Assembly (NCBI GenBank): GCA_000934665.2
Contig: KZ538014.1
Location: 124,001 to 188,000, forward strand
DNA from: Catajapyx aquilonaris
Taxonomy: Eukaryota
DNA length: 64,000 nt
Reading direction: 5' to 3'
The position numbers and the translations under genes were made by a program. Of the stretch, positions 53,401 through 64,000 are shown one piece after another. The notes beneath the pieces were generated by a model. The model was not told the DNA's origin and searched no databases. It saw only the letters and a list, made by a program, of their open reading frames with translations. Numbering within the stretch: the stretch's first letter is position 1; every line of letters starts with the position of its first letter.

Positions 53401-53779
53401 TACTGCCTCCCCCAAATTTCGGGGATTTCATCTGCACCCAGGAATTACATTCCTTCGCCCCCGAATCCAATAGGCCTGACAAGGTGGAACAAGGGAACCA
53501 TGTCAAATTAGGTCTGGAAATTAGATTCCCCCTCCCGTATAAAAGTCTTGTTTCAGTTGTTTAGATGAGACCGAGTTTTCCCCACCGCCTCTCCCCAACT
53601 CTTATTAGCCTACGATCCCTGGCCTGCCTTCTTTCACTATATCGTTTCACTTTCCCCGCGGATATTACAACTGCAGTGCTCAGCAGTGTCGCCAGAGAAT
53701 TTCCTCTAGTATAACCCCCCCGCCATGTCCTATTCGGGTCTAGAAGAATACACATTTGATCTCAGACACTCGGTGGGGA

Positions 53780-55890
53780 CGGCCATTTTTTATTCAACAT
53801 GGGTGGTTAGATGGGACAGGGTGTATATATTATATAATGTCTTCTTCCCCTTTGCACATTTATCATAAGAGTCAGCTTGCTGCCAGAACCTGGAAAACTT
53901 GATGTGGATATATTGCTGGGTAGATAATACTTGCGTATATTACCTGTCCAGAACCGGTGACACATTTTTTTTTTGAGAATATGCAATATGGCATCAGTGT
54001 AAGCTTCTCAAAATGGCGGATGGGGTCCAATTAGTTCCTACCACCTTAGGGATCTGGTGTACACCCAGGCTACCAAGAGACCACTTTATTTATTGGTTAT
54101 GGAGGATCATTCAGAAACAGGCGCATTCTTGAGGTGATTTGATGCCGTGTGCAAACAACGAGGGGGAGGGTAGGTCTGGCTCGAAAAAGGTCGCCATCTT
54201 TCTCCCTTCCCTACCATTCCGGAAAATAAATGTGAAGGATAGGGGAGGGAATATTGTATGAGGAGAGGGAGGGTAGCCTATGAGGGCAATTCGGGCCTAA
54301 ATTGCAGCCAATTGCTGGCTTCCCCCCCCCCCCTCCCCCGTAGAATTAATCATCCAGAATTCAGCTTCCTATATAATGGATTTTTTCTTTTTCTTCTTCT
54401 TCTTTTGTCCGCTGGCACGCATTATTTGGGCGGGAAAAGGAGAAGAATTTCGTGAGGAAATTCCGAGTGTGGGTAATGTGACCGTTTGGAAAGATGGCGT
54501 GGAAGTGTGGCATGGGAAGTGGGCGTCTCTCCTTAGGGCTGTGATGAGGGCGCTGCATGTCGGAGGCAGCGAGTGCATGAAGATGGCGGATTTCCTGCCT
54601 GTTCGTGCCTGCATGGCGTGGACGGTGTATGAATGCCAAAAAGAGATGGTAGAAGAGGGGGAGGTTTTTGGAGGGGTTGTTGGGGGCAGCAGTAGGGGAT
54701 GGTGGGGGAGTACTGCGCTGCTGCTGCTGCTGCTGCTGAGCTTTTGGGATTGTTCAAAGTGGCGCAGTGGAAACGAAGTTTGCGGAACTGCAAAGTTCGG
54801 GTGTGAAAGCAATTTACCAAATCTTATCAGCACATGCCTGGCTGCATGAATAGCCAGCCTTACTCGAGTGTATATTACCACAAGCGCGCTACTTACTTCT
54901 CCTCTGCATCACCCCGCAGCTTAGTTTTATCAGACTTTTGTGGCAATTCTCATCCACCTGCTCTTTTTTTCTTTATATCTCCGTCTTTCGTGACGAAGCA
55001 AATGGAAGTTGGAATTATAATGGGAGGCTCTGGAGCGTAAGCGGAATATTATACATGCTAAGAAGCCTAGCCGGGGAGGTAGTGTATGTTTGCGTATATA
55101 ACACGTAGAGGATGAAACAGCTTTGTATTTGCCATTAGGATATGCACGGCAAAGGAAGAACGCCAAAGATGGCCCCCCATTTAGAGCGTATTAGTCTGTG
55201 CATAATATAGTCGTAATTTTTGCAGATTATGCGAGGTTTTCTCATCGCGCCTAATCCCTTGTCAACAAGGGATAGTCACGAAATTGCCAAATTTGGGAGC
55301 TTTAGATTCAACTACCGGTGCGCCAAGATATTTTTGGCTCTTACAAACTTCCATGCATATTATACACGGCAGCAGGGGTCGGAAGAAACAAATTGGTCAG
55401 CTAATCATTCACAGGGTTATGATTATTTGTCCTTCTGACGTCATCCTGGGCGAGCCTTGACAAACAAGACGCACTACTCATATTTTAAACTAAATCTGCA
55501 TAAACTGTCTCAAGGCAGTCAAAGGGTGCGGGTGACATACACTCGATCATTTCATATTATGTATGTTTTTTAAAATGTTTCCAGTAGATATAGCCCTGAC
55601 TGCTCAATTCTGTAGCCTATGCTTCCTCATTAGTATGAGTAGGATTGGGCGGACGAGGCCTATAGAATCCCAGGCAGGAATGCTCCGGCCATTAAGGGGA
55701 GCAATTATGGAGAGGGATCGAATGAGAAGTCTTGATAATGATATGAGTCGATTTGCAGACTCTGGGCGTGCGGAGAGTCAAAGTGGGCGGAAAGAATTGA
55801 AGAGTTGGAGCGTGGCTTAGAAATGGTCCAAGTCTTGCCGATATTATCACCGCCGCAGGGACACACTTGCCAAGTACACAAAATGGCCGC
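53780..55890. promoter_or_regulatory. Pho/YY1 motif cluster (candidate Polycomb response element)
   Basis: Seven matches to AANATGGC(G/C) at 53780(-), 54010, 54192(-), 54491, 54580, 55166 and 55880. Confidence 0.5.
54718..54738. repeat. (CTG)7 microsatellite
   Basis: Read directly. It explains the poly-Leu/Ser/Ala stretches in the overlapping ORFs. Confidence 0.9.
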
Positions 55891-57406
55891 GGAATTAAGA
55901 AATGCGGGCAGATTCCACTCCCCCTCTCTAGTCTTGAATCCCTATCATTTGTCCCGAGCGGGACTTATTTCCTCCACTTCGCGCGCCAGATGGGCATTCC
56001 GCGCTGCTATTCAAGCCATAGGGAGGGGGTCTTTCTTGAGGCTTCCAACTGAAGGAGGGATATATATATGAAGGGGGTTGGAAAAGACGTCCCCTTCTTC
56101 CTCAAACCATCTTTCTAAATATCCTCATCAATTTTCTCTTCTTTCAGCGACTCGAGCGTATTCGAGCCCTCCAATGTTATTGTAGTTCCTGAAAGCGGCT
56201 TCTGGCTTGAAGATGTCCCCTCCCCCTTCCTACCTCCCCCTAAGGGCGTAAACGGGTACCAATGAGTTCCGCCTCCCAAATCAGCAATGCAATGATACAA
56301 GCAAAAGCGTTCGGGATAAAAATGCCGTTCGGTCCTGAATCCCCCTTGCAGATATGGCAGCCACGGCTATTGCCATTGATTCCACTCATTCCCTCAGAAG
56401 AAAAAAAGAATATGAAAGAAGAGGAACAAAAAAAAGGACGTGGAGAAAAGTGCGGGAAAATCCCCTGGTGTCGTTTCCAGCAGGCCTCGCCAATTATTTA
56501 TTGTTTTCATATCTCCTGGCAGGGCTCCCTCGCCGCATTAGAAAGAAATGATGGCGGCTCGGATCGTTACACTCTCGCCCGGGAGAAAAGGAGGAATCCT
56601 GCGGTATATGGTTCCTTGGCTCTTATTTCAGAGGAGCTTGGGGCTGAGGGGGACATGTAGTACATAGACACAATCTACATCGGCAGTCACACTATCCGCA
56701 CTCTAAATCTAAATGCATCGCCAGATAAATATGTTATGACGCCACCGCTGGCAATTATGGTCCAGGAGTCATTTGCGGCCATTAGTAAGCGAAATGCAAA
56801 TGGTAGCCCCGTTTTCCGACTGACAGAATCGCATCAAGCATTGCCATGCTGTGTGTTCTATATCTATGCCCATTATGTTGCGATCACGCGCGGAATTTTA
56901 AGCAGGTTGTGAACTGTGTGGATGGGGGTCTGCATGAGAACTAATTGCTCACGCCTTCTGTGTGTATGTGTGTGACGTATTGTTGTGTTTTCGGCTCTTT
57001 TTTTGATGCGGAGGGAGATATAGTTAACATCCGGATCAGATCTTGTCTTGTAAGAAGAACCGTCATCCAGGTTTCAATCCCACAGCACTTGGGCACAAGT
57101 CCAACCGTGGCTGCAAATTGCCTAAAGGCCTGGTTACGCAAGGCAACTTTTGTTGATTGGGATGTACAGGCGAGGGAAAAGTTATGTGATATCCGACCCT
57201 TCTGCTTCTGTGATTCTGGGATTGGAGTGATTTTCACATGAGATAGAAGAGCACAAGTGTACGGAGCGGATTATTAATGGAAAAGAGTGTAGTGTTTGAA
57301 GCTTACAATGTACTGGATACATGCGGCCGTTGAATTAAGCTTAGCCGGTGAATCAAAATCGTCAGGTGACACAGGCAATAAATTTCAAGTGTGAAAAAAA
57401 TGCTGT

Positions 57407-57443
57407 TGAGTAGCAAATGAGTAGCAAATGAGCAAATGAGTAG
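57407..57443. repeat. Short tandem duplication (TGAGTAGCAAA x2 plus partial copies)
   Basis: TGAGTAGCAAATGAGTAGCAAATGAGCAAATGAGTAG read directly. Confidence 0.85.
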
Positions 57444-59370
57444 AAACATTGAGATGACTATAATATAGGACTACTCAATCATTGCTTAAAGTTCATTAAA
57501 TTAAACTACCTAGTGAAAAATAATCAAAAATACAAAGCCGAGTTCACAATTTTGGGTATAAAATCAGTCTAACTGAACGAAAAATCACTTTCGATATTTT
57601 CAGATCGTAGATAATAATAGTAAGAAAATCGCTCAAGGTGAAGAATTACAGACGCTCTTCAGATAAGGTTCCTTTTATAACCTTTTTTACTCACTTACGT
57701 CAGTTCAGTCCCTGTTGCGCATCTTTAGAGTACTGTTATAAATACCTTTCTACCTTTACAACCGACAGCTGTCCGTGTAATTTGGCATGCATGCATTTAT
57801 TTTGGGAATTATTTTCATGGTGATGAGTTTAGAGAAACGGGTGTTTAGTTCCATAGTTTGCCAGATATCAGACTGTTCTGGGGTATTTTCCTCCTTCTTA
57901 CTTTTTGTATTCAGTCCAGTTTTGTATGTGAATTCGCAGATCAGTGAAATATTGCTCCGTGAGGCCTGTAAGTCACGCAGAATATTATAATCGAATGAGG
58001 TAAATGTGACCCAAATTATTCGGAATATTTGTAATTTGGGGAATATTTTCTCAAATGAGGGTTGCAAAATTTCGTTGCATGCGTAATATCATGGGGAATT
58101 TCACGGAAGCCACGATAAAGATGTAACCAAGAGGCACTCTCTTTTACAGGAAACGTTAATAACCTTTTGCATAGGTCATTAATTTTTAGCATTGTGAAGA
58201 AATTAACACCCTTAGGAATCTGTTTATGCGTCTGTTGCGAGTGAAATTGACTTGACGGTGCTCATGTTAACATCAATACGACTAGCGAATGTTTGATTCA
58301 ATTAATTATTTTTAATTTTAAAAATTGCGAAGTTGTCCGTGCGTACATTGAGCTCCCGCCAGTATTCCCCGGCTATGGGAGCTGGCCTATTGTTACTTTC
58401 AACAGTAGTTAGAATTCTATACTGATGCACCAATAAACATTTTTATAGGCATAATTATGTAATAAATGGTTGGCAACACTAATTTTTCCAATATGTTGTT
58501 GATATTTGGTTAGCAATCTCCCCATCTCTCCTTCCTCCCAGGAAAGTAAACACCAATGATATACATAGGGCTGTAAAAAAAATGCTTGTAATGATGATGA
58601 ACGGCAAAGCAGCATGGCGCTCCATGGCAAAAAGGGATAATGCTTTGCCGAATCCCGAGCCGGGAGTTAGGAGAGGGGGAACCGAGGGAGGATAGAGACA
58701 GAATATGAGGGTGAATTAGAATTTTGGCAAGCTGCCCGCGTTCACCCCGTCCCCCTCCCCCGCCTTCCCCCACCCTTCTCTTGAGTTATACCTATTAATT
58801 TGGCGGGGGAGGAAACCGCCGCTACCCTTCTCCCCTAACGCACCCAGGATTAGGAAGTTCATCTGGAGAGAGGCTGGGAATTTACGAGGGCGCGCCAGGT
58901 ACCCACCACAGGCCACAGCTTCCAGCATGGTGGTTGGTACGGAAGCGATCGTGACGTCATCCTACCCCGTAAATAATGACGCAGCTGCAGCAAGAGTCGC
59001 GATGGAAGTCACGCGTAACCCCACACACCCCTATGGTTTCCCCCTCTGATGATGCTTTTTGGGACCAGCAGTGTCCTATTACTATTACCCTCGTCTTATG
59101 GAATTTTAAACACCCCACGTACCATGATGTGTTTCAGAAATTAATATGGTAGTGAACACAGAGAATTGTGGCGTGCTGGGTTATGAATCGTGATGATTAA
59201 ATTGATTTCACCAGTCGATACTATCAGGCGACATTTCTAACATTAATAAAAACTAGGGACCAACTTGTCAAAATTTGGCAAAAAAAATGACAAAATTGCG
59301 AAAGTGGAGAGAAAGAGACGCGAACCAAGCAGCGATATCCGACGGCGAAGTACCGAAGTAAGACACCTAC

Positions 59371-59471
59371 CCGCCGCGTTCCCATAAACGCCGCTCTCGC
59401 CGCGGGCGCTACCTCTGCACCAGAGGTAGTGCCCGCGGCGGGAACGGCGTTTTATGGGAACTCCGTGGTGG
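59371..59471 (+). other. GC-rich ~100-nt hairpin (candidate structured RNA or MITE centre)
   Basis: TTCCCATAAACGCCGCTCTCGCCGCGGGCGCTACCTCTG-CAC-CAGAGGTAGTGCCCGCGGCGGGAACGGCGTTTTATGGGAA pairs nearly throughout and is extended by CCGCCGCG / CGTGGTGG. Confidence 0.7.
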
Positions 59472-60037
59472 TTGGTTTTTAAGGCGGTCGGCGTTTTTTG
59501 CGTTTTATAAATTCCCTGGACACTATTTACAAAAAACAAAAGTTTATTGCAAATATAGGACACTCGAGCTAAATTTTGGCATCACTTCCAATGCTGTAGG
59601 CCGTACACAGCGGGAGGAATCGCCATCACATACAGTACGGTATTAATAATATAGATTGCCCTGATAATTCTTGAAACTATAGGGGCTACTGTACAGCAGG
59701 TGAGAGTAAAACGTGCAGAATGGTGTAGTTTGAGAATAGTTTTTTCCTCTTTCCCTGTCTTGCCTTGTTACCCTCTCACAAAACGGCACAGGAAAAAGTC
59801 AGAGAGGCACAAGTCCAATCTGTGTCGCTTCCGATCTGCTTTAATTTGCCCTTTCTCTACTAATGGTACAGTAGGCACTGTGGAAGAGGCCCATGAAATG
59901 AGGTGGAAGATTTTTTGGATTGGCTTTGTGTTGTTTTTGTACGGTTAAGGGGTAAGGGATAAGCTAGCTGTGGCAGTTTCGTAGAGGAAGTTTGGACAAA
60001 AAAGAAGCAAACCTAGTACTAGAGCTCCAAATGATGA

Positions 60038-60115
60038 GCCCCTGTGGTCCAATTGGCAGGACACGGGCGGTGAAAGCCCGAGATCCGGGTTCGACTCCCG
60101 GCGGGGGTCTATTTT
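60038..60115 (+). ncRNA. tRNA-like cloverleaf with non-canonical anticodon loop (tRNA-derived SINE head or tRNA pseudogene)
   Basis: Acceptor GCCCCTG/CGGGGGT; D-arm GTCC-AATTGGCA-GGAC; anticodon arm CGGGC-GGTGAAA-GCCCG; variable AGAT; T-arm CCGGG-TTCGACT-CCCGG. A-box TGGTCCAATTGG, B-box GGTTCGACTCC, TTTT at 60112-60115. It lacks Y32/U33. Confidence 0.7.
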
Positions 60116-63100
60116 AGGTGTAACACTGATAAGAGTCGACTTTCTGGTACCCCTTACCCCGCTTCTTCCTTTATTCCATTTAATGCCGCAAGAGACACCT
60201 GCTGTACAGTCGTAATGCCCCCAAGGTGGCATGGTTTTCAATACAGATTAACAGAAATTAATGTTGTTGCTCCTACATATCTTATTTCTGATTTTAACAT
60301 GCGTCCTTTATTACAGTAAACGTGTGCTCTAATGATCTTGTGTTGCCGTTGGGCAAGGTTAATTATTTTTTTGAGCCTGATCGGAGTCATTTGTCATTCA
60401 TAAAAATTCAGGTCCAGTTCTTTTGATATGTGACCCACCTTCGGTCGGTGACAATCCGTAGAGATCTTTTGATCGCAACCAAGAATAATAATGCTCTCGG
60501 CGTTGTCTTGAGAGAAATATGGAGGCCTTGAAGGCTTTATCACCTGGATTTTCACCTGTGTGGGTACAAAAAAAGACACACACTGACACATGCGACACAC
60601 TTGAACTCATCGGCCGGATTCTTTCGCGTTCGTCCGTAACCAGAGTTTGCACTCGGAATTTGGCCATCCATCCTTGGGCACCTGTTCTTATCGATGGTGT
60701 GTCGTCACTGAGCATCCACATTATTTTGACCAGTCATCTCCGCCATGCCCTTGTAAGCCCAACCGACACGTAACCTTATCTGCATCACCAGGTTTTTGTT
60801 TCGTGTACCAAGGGAAAATGGTACCACGCCCTTTCGCAGGTGACACGATTTTAATTCCGTCGCCTTTTCGGTTTTTTGTATTCAACAGTGCAGCCTACAG
60901 TGTTAAGCAAAAGTGGGCCTGGTTTTCTCCCGCCTTCCGCAGGCTCTTTTACCCCCCTCCCCCCGCCTTCCCCCACCATCCTCTTCTTCTCCCCGTTTAA
61001 GTACCCAACTTCACGCCCGCGTGTCACATTGTGAAACCTTATTGTAATTTGACCGCCGTCAGCCTCACATTAATTGCAGGTATATCTCACCCTCCAGGCT
61101 AATTAAAGGACTTGTAATCCGCCTCTTTGCAATTTTCGTCGGCAAATTGCACCCATCCCGAAGGTTTGCTCCCAGGGCCCGCCAACTCCGAGGTTCTTTT
61201 CTCTGTCAAGCCGACAGGCGATAAAGAAGAGCGGGGGTGTAGGAAGAGGTGAGGATTTGTAAGGCTTTTCCTTGGTGAGGATCTCTTTTTCTAATCCGTA
61301 TGCTATCACAGTCTGAGATTTCAGGTAACGATCTGTACCGGGAGCAAATATGCGGGTGTTCTTCAGGGAGACAAATAATGTCTATTTTACGAGCTGTTTA
61401 TGGACAGGCCAACAAAAAAGGCTCATAAAGAAGGGGTATGACAAAGTGGGACGAGGTGCGACTCTTAGGAGGAATGAATGAAAGGAGGGCAATAAAACGA
61501 TTGGTCAGCGGTTGTTGGTCCTCAGCATCCCTAGGTCCAGCAGCCGGTGCAACACAAAAGCAGGTGTCCACAGAGTGGCAATGAAATGGAGATAAGCCGA
61601 GACAGACGCGACGTGTCTGGCCAGCCGCTTGCCCTTTTCGGTCGTCTGAAGGCCCTCCCAAGTCCACTGATCACCCCTTTTATCTCCTCCACTCGGAACA
61701 TGGCCCATTGGGCATAATGTTATGAACACTAACTGGGCTGTTTAAGGCCTATTATGCTTAAATGGTATCACCTAATTGTCTGGAAAAAGTCCGGGTTATG
61801 GGGCTACTAATTCCTGCTTGCAGAAGGTGGCTGCAAGCCTGCAACGTTCGCTGAGAGAGACTTTGGGGGTCCCCTCTCTTCAAACCGTCGAGCCCTTGCC
61901 AGCCACCCTACATTCCCGACCCAGACCGGATCTCAACCACCAAACGTCAGTTATGCAGTATAACGGGGGCTTCGTGTTCCTTTCCAGCCTGGTTATGGTG
62001 TCAAGGATGGCCTATCAGGGGCTCCTAACAGTCTGTTTGAGGAGATCTTGCGCCCCTTTTTGGGAGCTTACGAGATAGTGGGGAGTACGGCAACTTCAAT
62101 AAAGTGAAACACTGTACTTTGCCGGGTTACGACCAAATTGAATTGAAGTTATTAGGTACGGAGCTCGGGTACGGAAAAGGAGGCGGAAGGAAAGGTTCAA
62201 TCCCTTGGTAGGGGTTGGGGGGGAACCCAGGCCACAATGCGCTTGTTTATTAATTAGTGCATCAGGATGCGTTTTGTCACACGCGGGTTATGTCCCATTT
62301 GCCACAAGTACGTGTTGAATTTCAATTGGAGGCAAAGAAGTGAAATAAATTCTGGCTGTGTAATGTCGAGTGCGATGGATTGTTACGGGCGAGTTAATTG
62401 TTTCAATAGGTATATACGGGGCGCGTCGACAGTGACGCGCCATATTAGGAAACAACGACCTGATTTTGTTTGTTGACCATCGCATTTATAGGCACGATTA
62501 TAGAGATGTGATAGCCAACCAAACGCTGAAACATTGGACGTGTGATGGGGGACCAGTCATCTTCATTATTTGGTTCGGAGTGGATTAGATGATCTGCAGT
62601 TCTTTCCAGTGGATATGGTGGTGGAACAAGAAAAGAAAAAAAAGTTTGAGCAGCAGCCATGATTGGAGCGGGCCTAACAGGTACATTAGGGCGCGGCGAA
62701 AACGTCCCTCGCCTGCAATCACTCAGGCTGGACGACCCCACCAACTTGACTGCTCCTGGCGACTACAATTCTCCAAGAACTAATTAAGGTTCGGACAGCG
62801 ATAGAACCAGGACCAAATTCTCGTCTTCTCCCAGAGAGGCTTATTTCCTTAGAGAAACTGCATGGGCGTTGGAAAGGCCCAAGAAAAAGAACCGAAAAAA
62901 AGCAATAACGGGCTTGGAAAGGCTCGTGTCCGAGTTTGTTTTCCAATCTGGCTGCGAAAACTTTTTCCTCTAGTTTTTTTTTCTTCTTCCGTTTCTCCCT
63001 CAACGTTTTTGGCGCCTTTTCTTTTTCCCCTCTCGTCGATTCAGGAGGCTGGAAGAAAGTTTCCTCCGATGGGATAGCTCTTCACCATTTGGGTTCCCTG

Positions 63101-64000
63101 TTGGGGGGAAGAAACGGAATGAATACGGCGCCACCACCCAAATGTATAGCTGGTGCCTTCGGCCACTTTCTCCGAATTCGAGGAATATCTTCGCCCAGTG
63201 CACGCTTGCTGGGAAGTGCGGAAGTATAGGAGGTGTCCTGGGGGTCTTTGAAGGGGGGATGGAAAATGATAAGGGTAGGTTAGATGGAGGGAAAAGATAG
63301 AGAGGGTTTTCTCATCTCCATGCAAGGCGCACACTCATCAGTTTCTGGGGGTCGTGCCTTGAAAAAGCTCTTATAATTCCAATGTGGCACCCATTGCATA
63401 AAACAGGTGGGTGTAAAAAACATAACGTGTCGCCTGCAGACGGCGTGACGGAATAAAAGGCGTCGCAAATCGTTTCATAGGTGAGATTTTCTGGGGCGGC
63501 AGTTGGCTCCGATTTTGGCAAAGATTTGAGGCTATAAATTAGAAAAAAAGGGGGGAGGTGGGATATAGAAGAAAAATCATCGATACTATAAGAACAAAAA
63601 ATGGTCGTAACAGCTTCCACCTCTGGCCCCCCCAAAAGTAAAACTTACGGGCCAAATTCCAGGCTTGTTTTTCCTAACTTGCTCCATCCCCTGCAAGCCC
63701 CGGGTATTATTAATGTTCCGCGGAACAATCTCGAATCGTAAATCGTCTTCTAGTATGAGTGACCCCGCTCCTTTTTGACCACAAGTCTCCTAAATCATGG
63801 GGGTTGGGGGAACCAAAGCGGTTCCTCTCAGGGGAGATCCCATGTATTATTTCTTATCATCTCTTTCTTGTTACGCTTTTTTTTGATGCATACGACCTGC
63901 ATGGATGACCTGCTAGAATAGCTCACATATTCACATATTCGGGAAGTGCCCGGTTTAAAATATCTTGAAGGTCAAACTGCATGCTTGGAGTTGAGTAACC

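Larger units (their letters stand above)
35622..64000 (+). other. abd-A: abd-A intron (at least 28 kb, continues beyond window)
   Basis: GTAAGT donor at 35622. By eye, I found no GPNGCPRRRGRQ linker, no WFQNRR-coding sequence and no TDWM microexon downstream. Confidence 0.75.

Noticed and set aside
54369..54881. Overlapping 157-170 aa ORFs with homopolymer tracts
   Set aside because: Explained by the CTG microsatellite and T/C-rich low complexity.
60031..60145. Hammerhead-like words (TGATGAG...GAAA; CTGATAAG) around the tRNA-like element
   Set aside because: The core is not CUGANGA/GAAA with correctly placed stems. The cloverleaf explains the pairing better.
62589..62783. ORF with WIWWWNKKRKK and RARRKR, vaguely homeodomain-like
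   Set aside because: No WFQNRR, no helix 1/2 residues, and the motifs are in the wrong order. It is an A-rich coincidence.
62809..62860. AG|GACCAAAT would continue exon 1 as G-P-N
   Set aside because: It continues SRLLPER rather than GCPRRRGRQ and has no polypyrimidine tract.

Overview
Eukaryotic (arthropod) genomic DNA from a Hox cluster. The only convincing coding sequence is coding exon 1 of an abdominal-A (abd-A) orthologue on the + strand (35210-35621; MSSKFIDSMLPKY...RMYPYVS...DKSCRY...YPWMSIT), which ends at a canonical phase-1 GTAAGT donor. I could not find the homeobox exon or an insect-type TDWM microexon, so the intron appears to run at least 28 kb to the window edge. A myriapod or chelicerate source is plausible but is only an inference. 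The 35 kb upstream would be the abd-A/Abd-B intergenic (iab-like) region if cluster order is canonical; I did not find miR-iab-4/iab-8 in it. The non-coding DNA alternates GC/CpG-rich, motif-dense modules with AT-rich spacers carrying MITE/foldback elements, a V-domain-like tRNA-SINE and decayed LINE fragments. The best leads are: (1) a dense Pho/YY1 motif cluster in the intron (candidate Polycomb response element); (2) CTCF-like sites, including a triplet at ~1.2 kb and a near-perfect intronic site; (3) a complete tRNA-like cloverleaf with a non-canonical anticodon loop and Pol III signals inside the intron; (4) a ~100-nt GC-rich sense-strand intronic hairpin whose substitutions are mostly G-U; (5) uORFs, one of whose stop codons overlaps the abd-A AUG; (6) strong enrichment of TAGGCCTA/TACCGGTA footprint-like octamers. 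All motif calls were made by eye and are untested. The remaining ORFs in the track look spurious.
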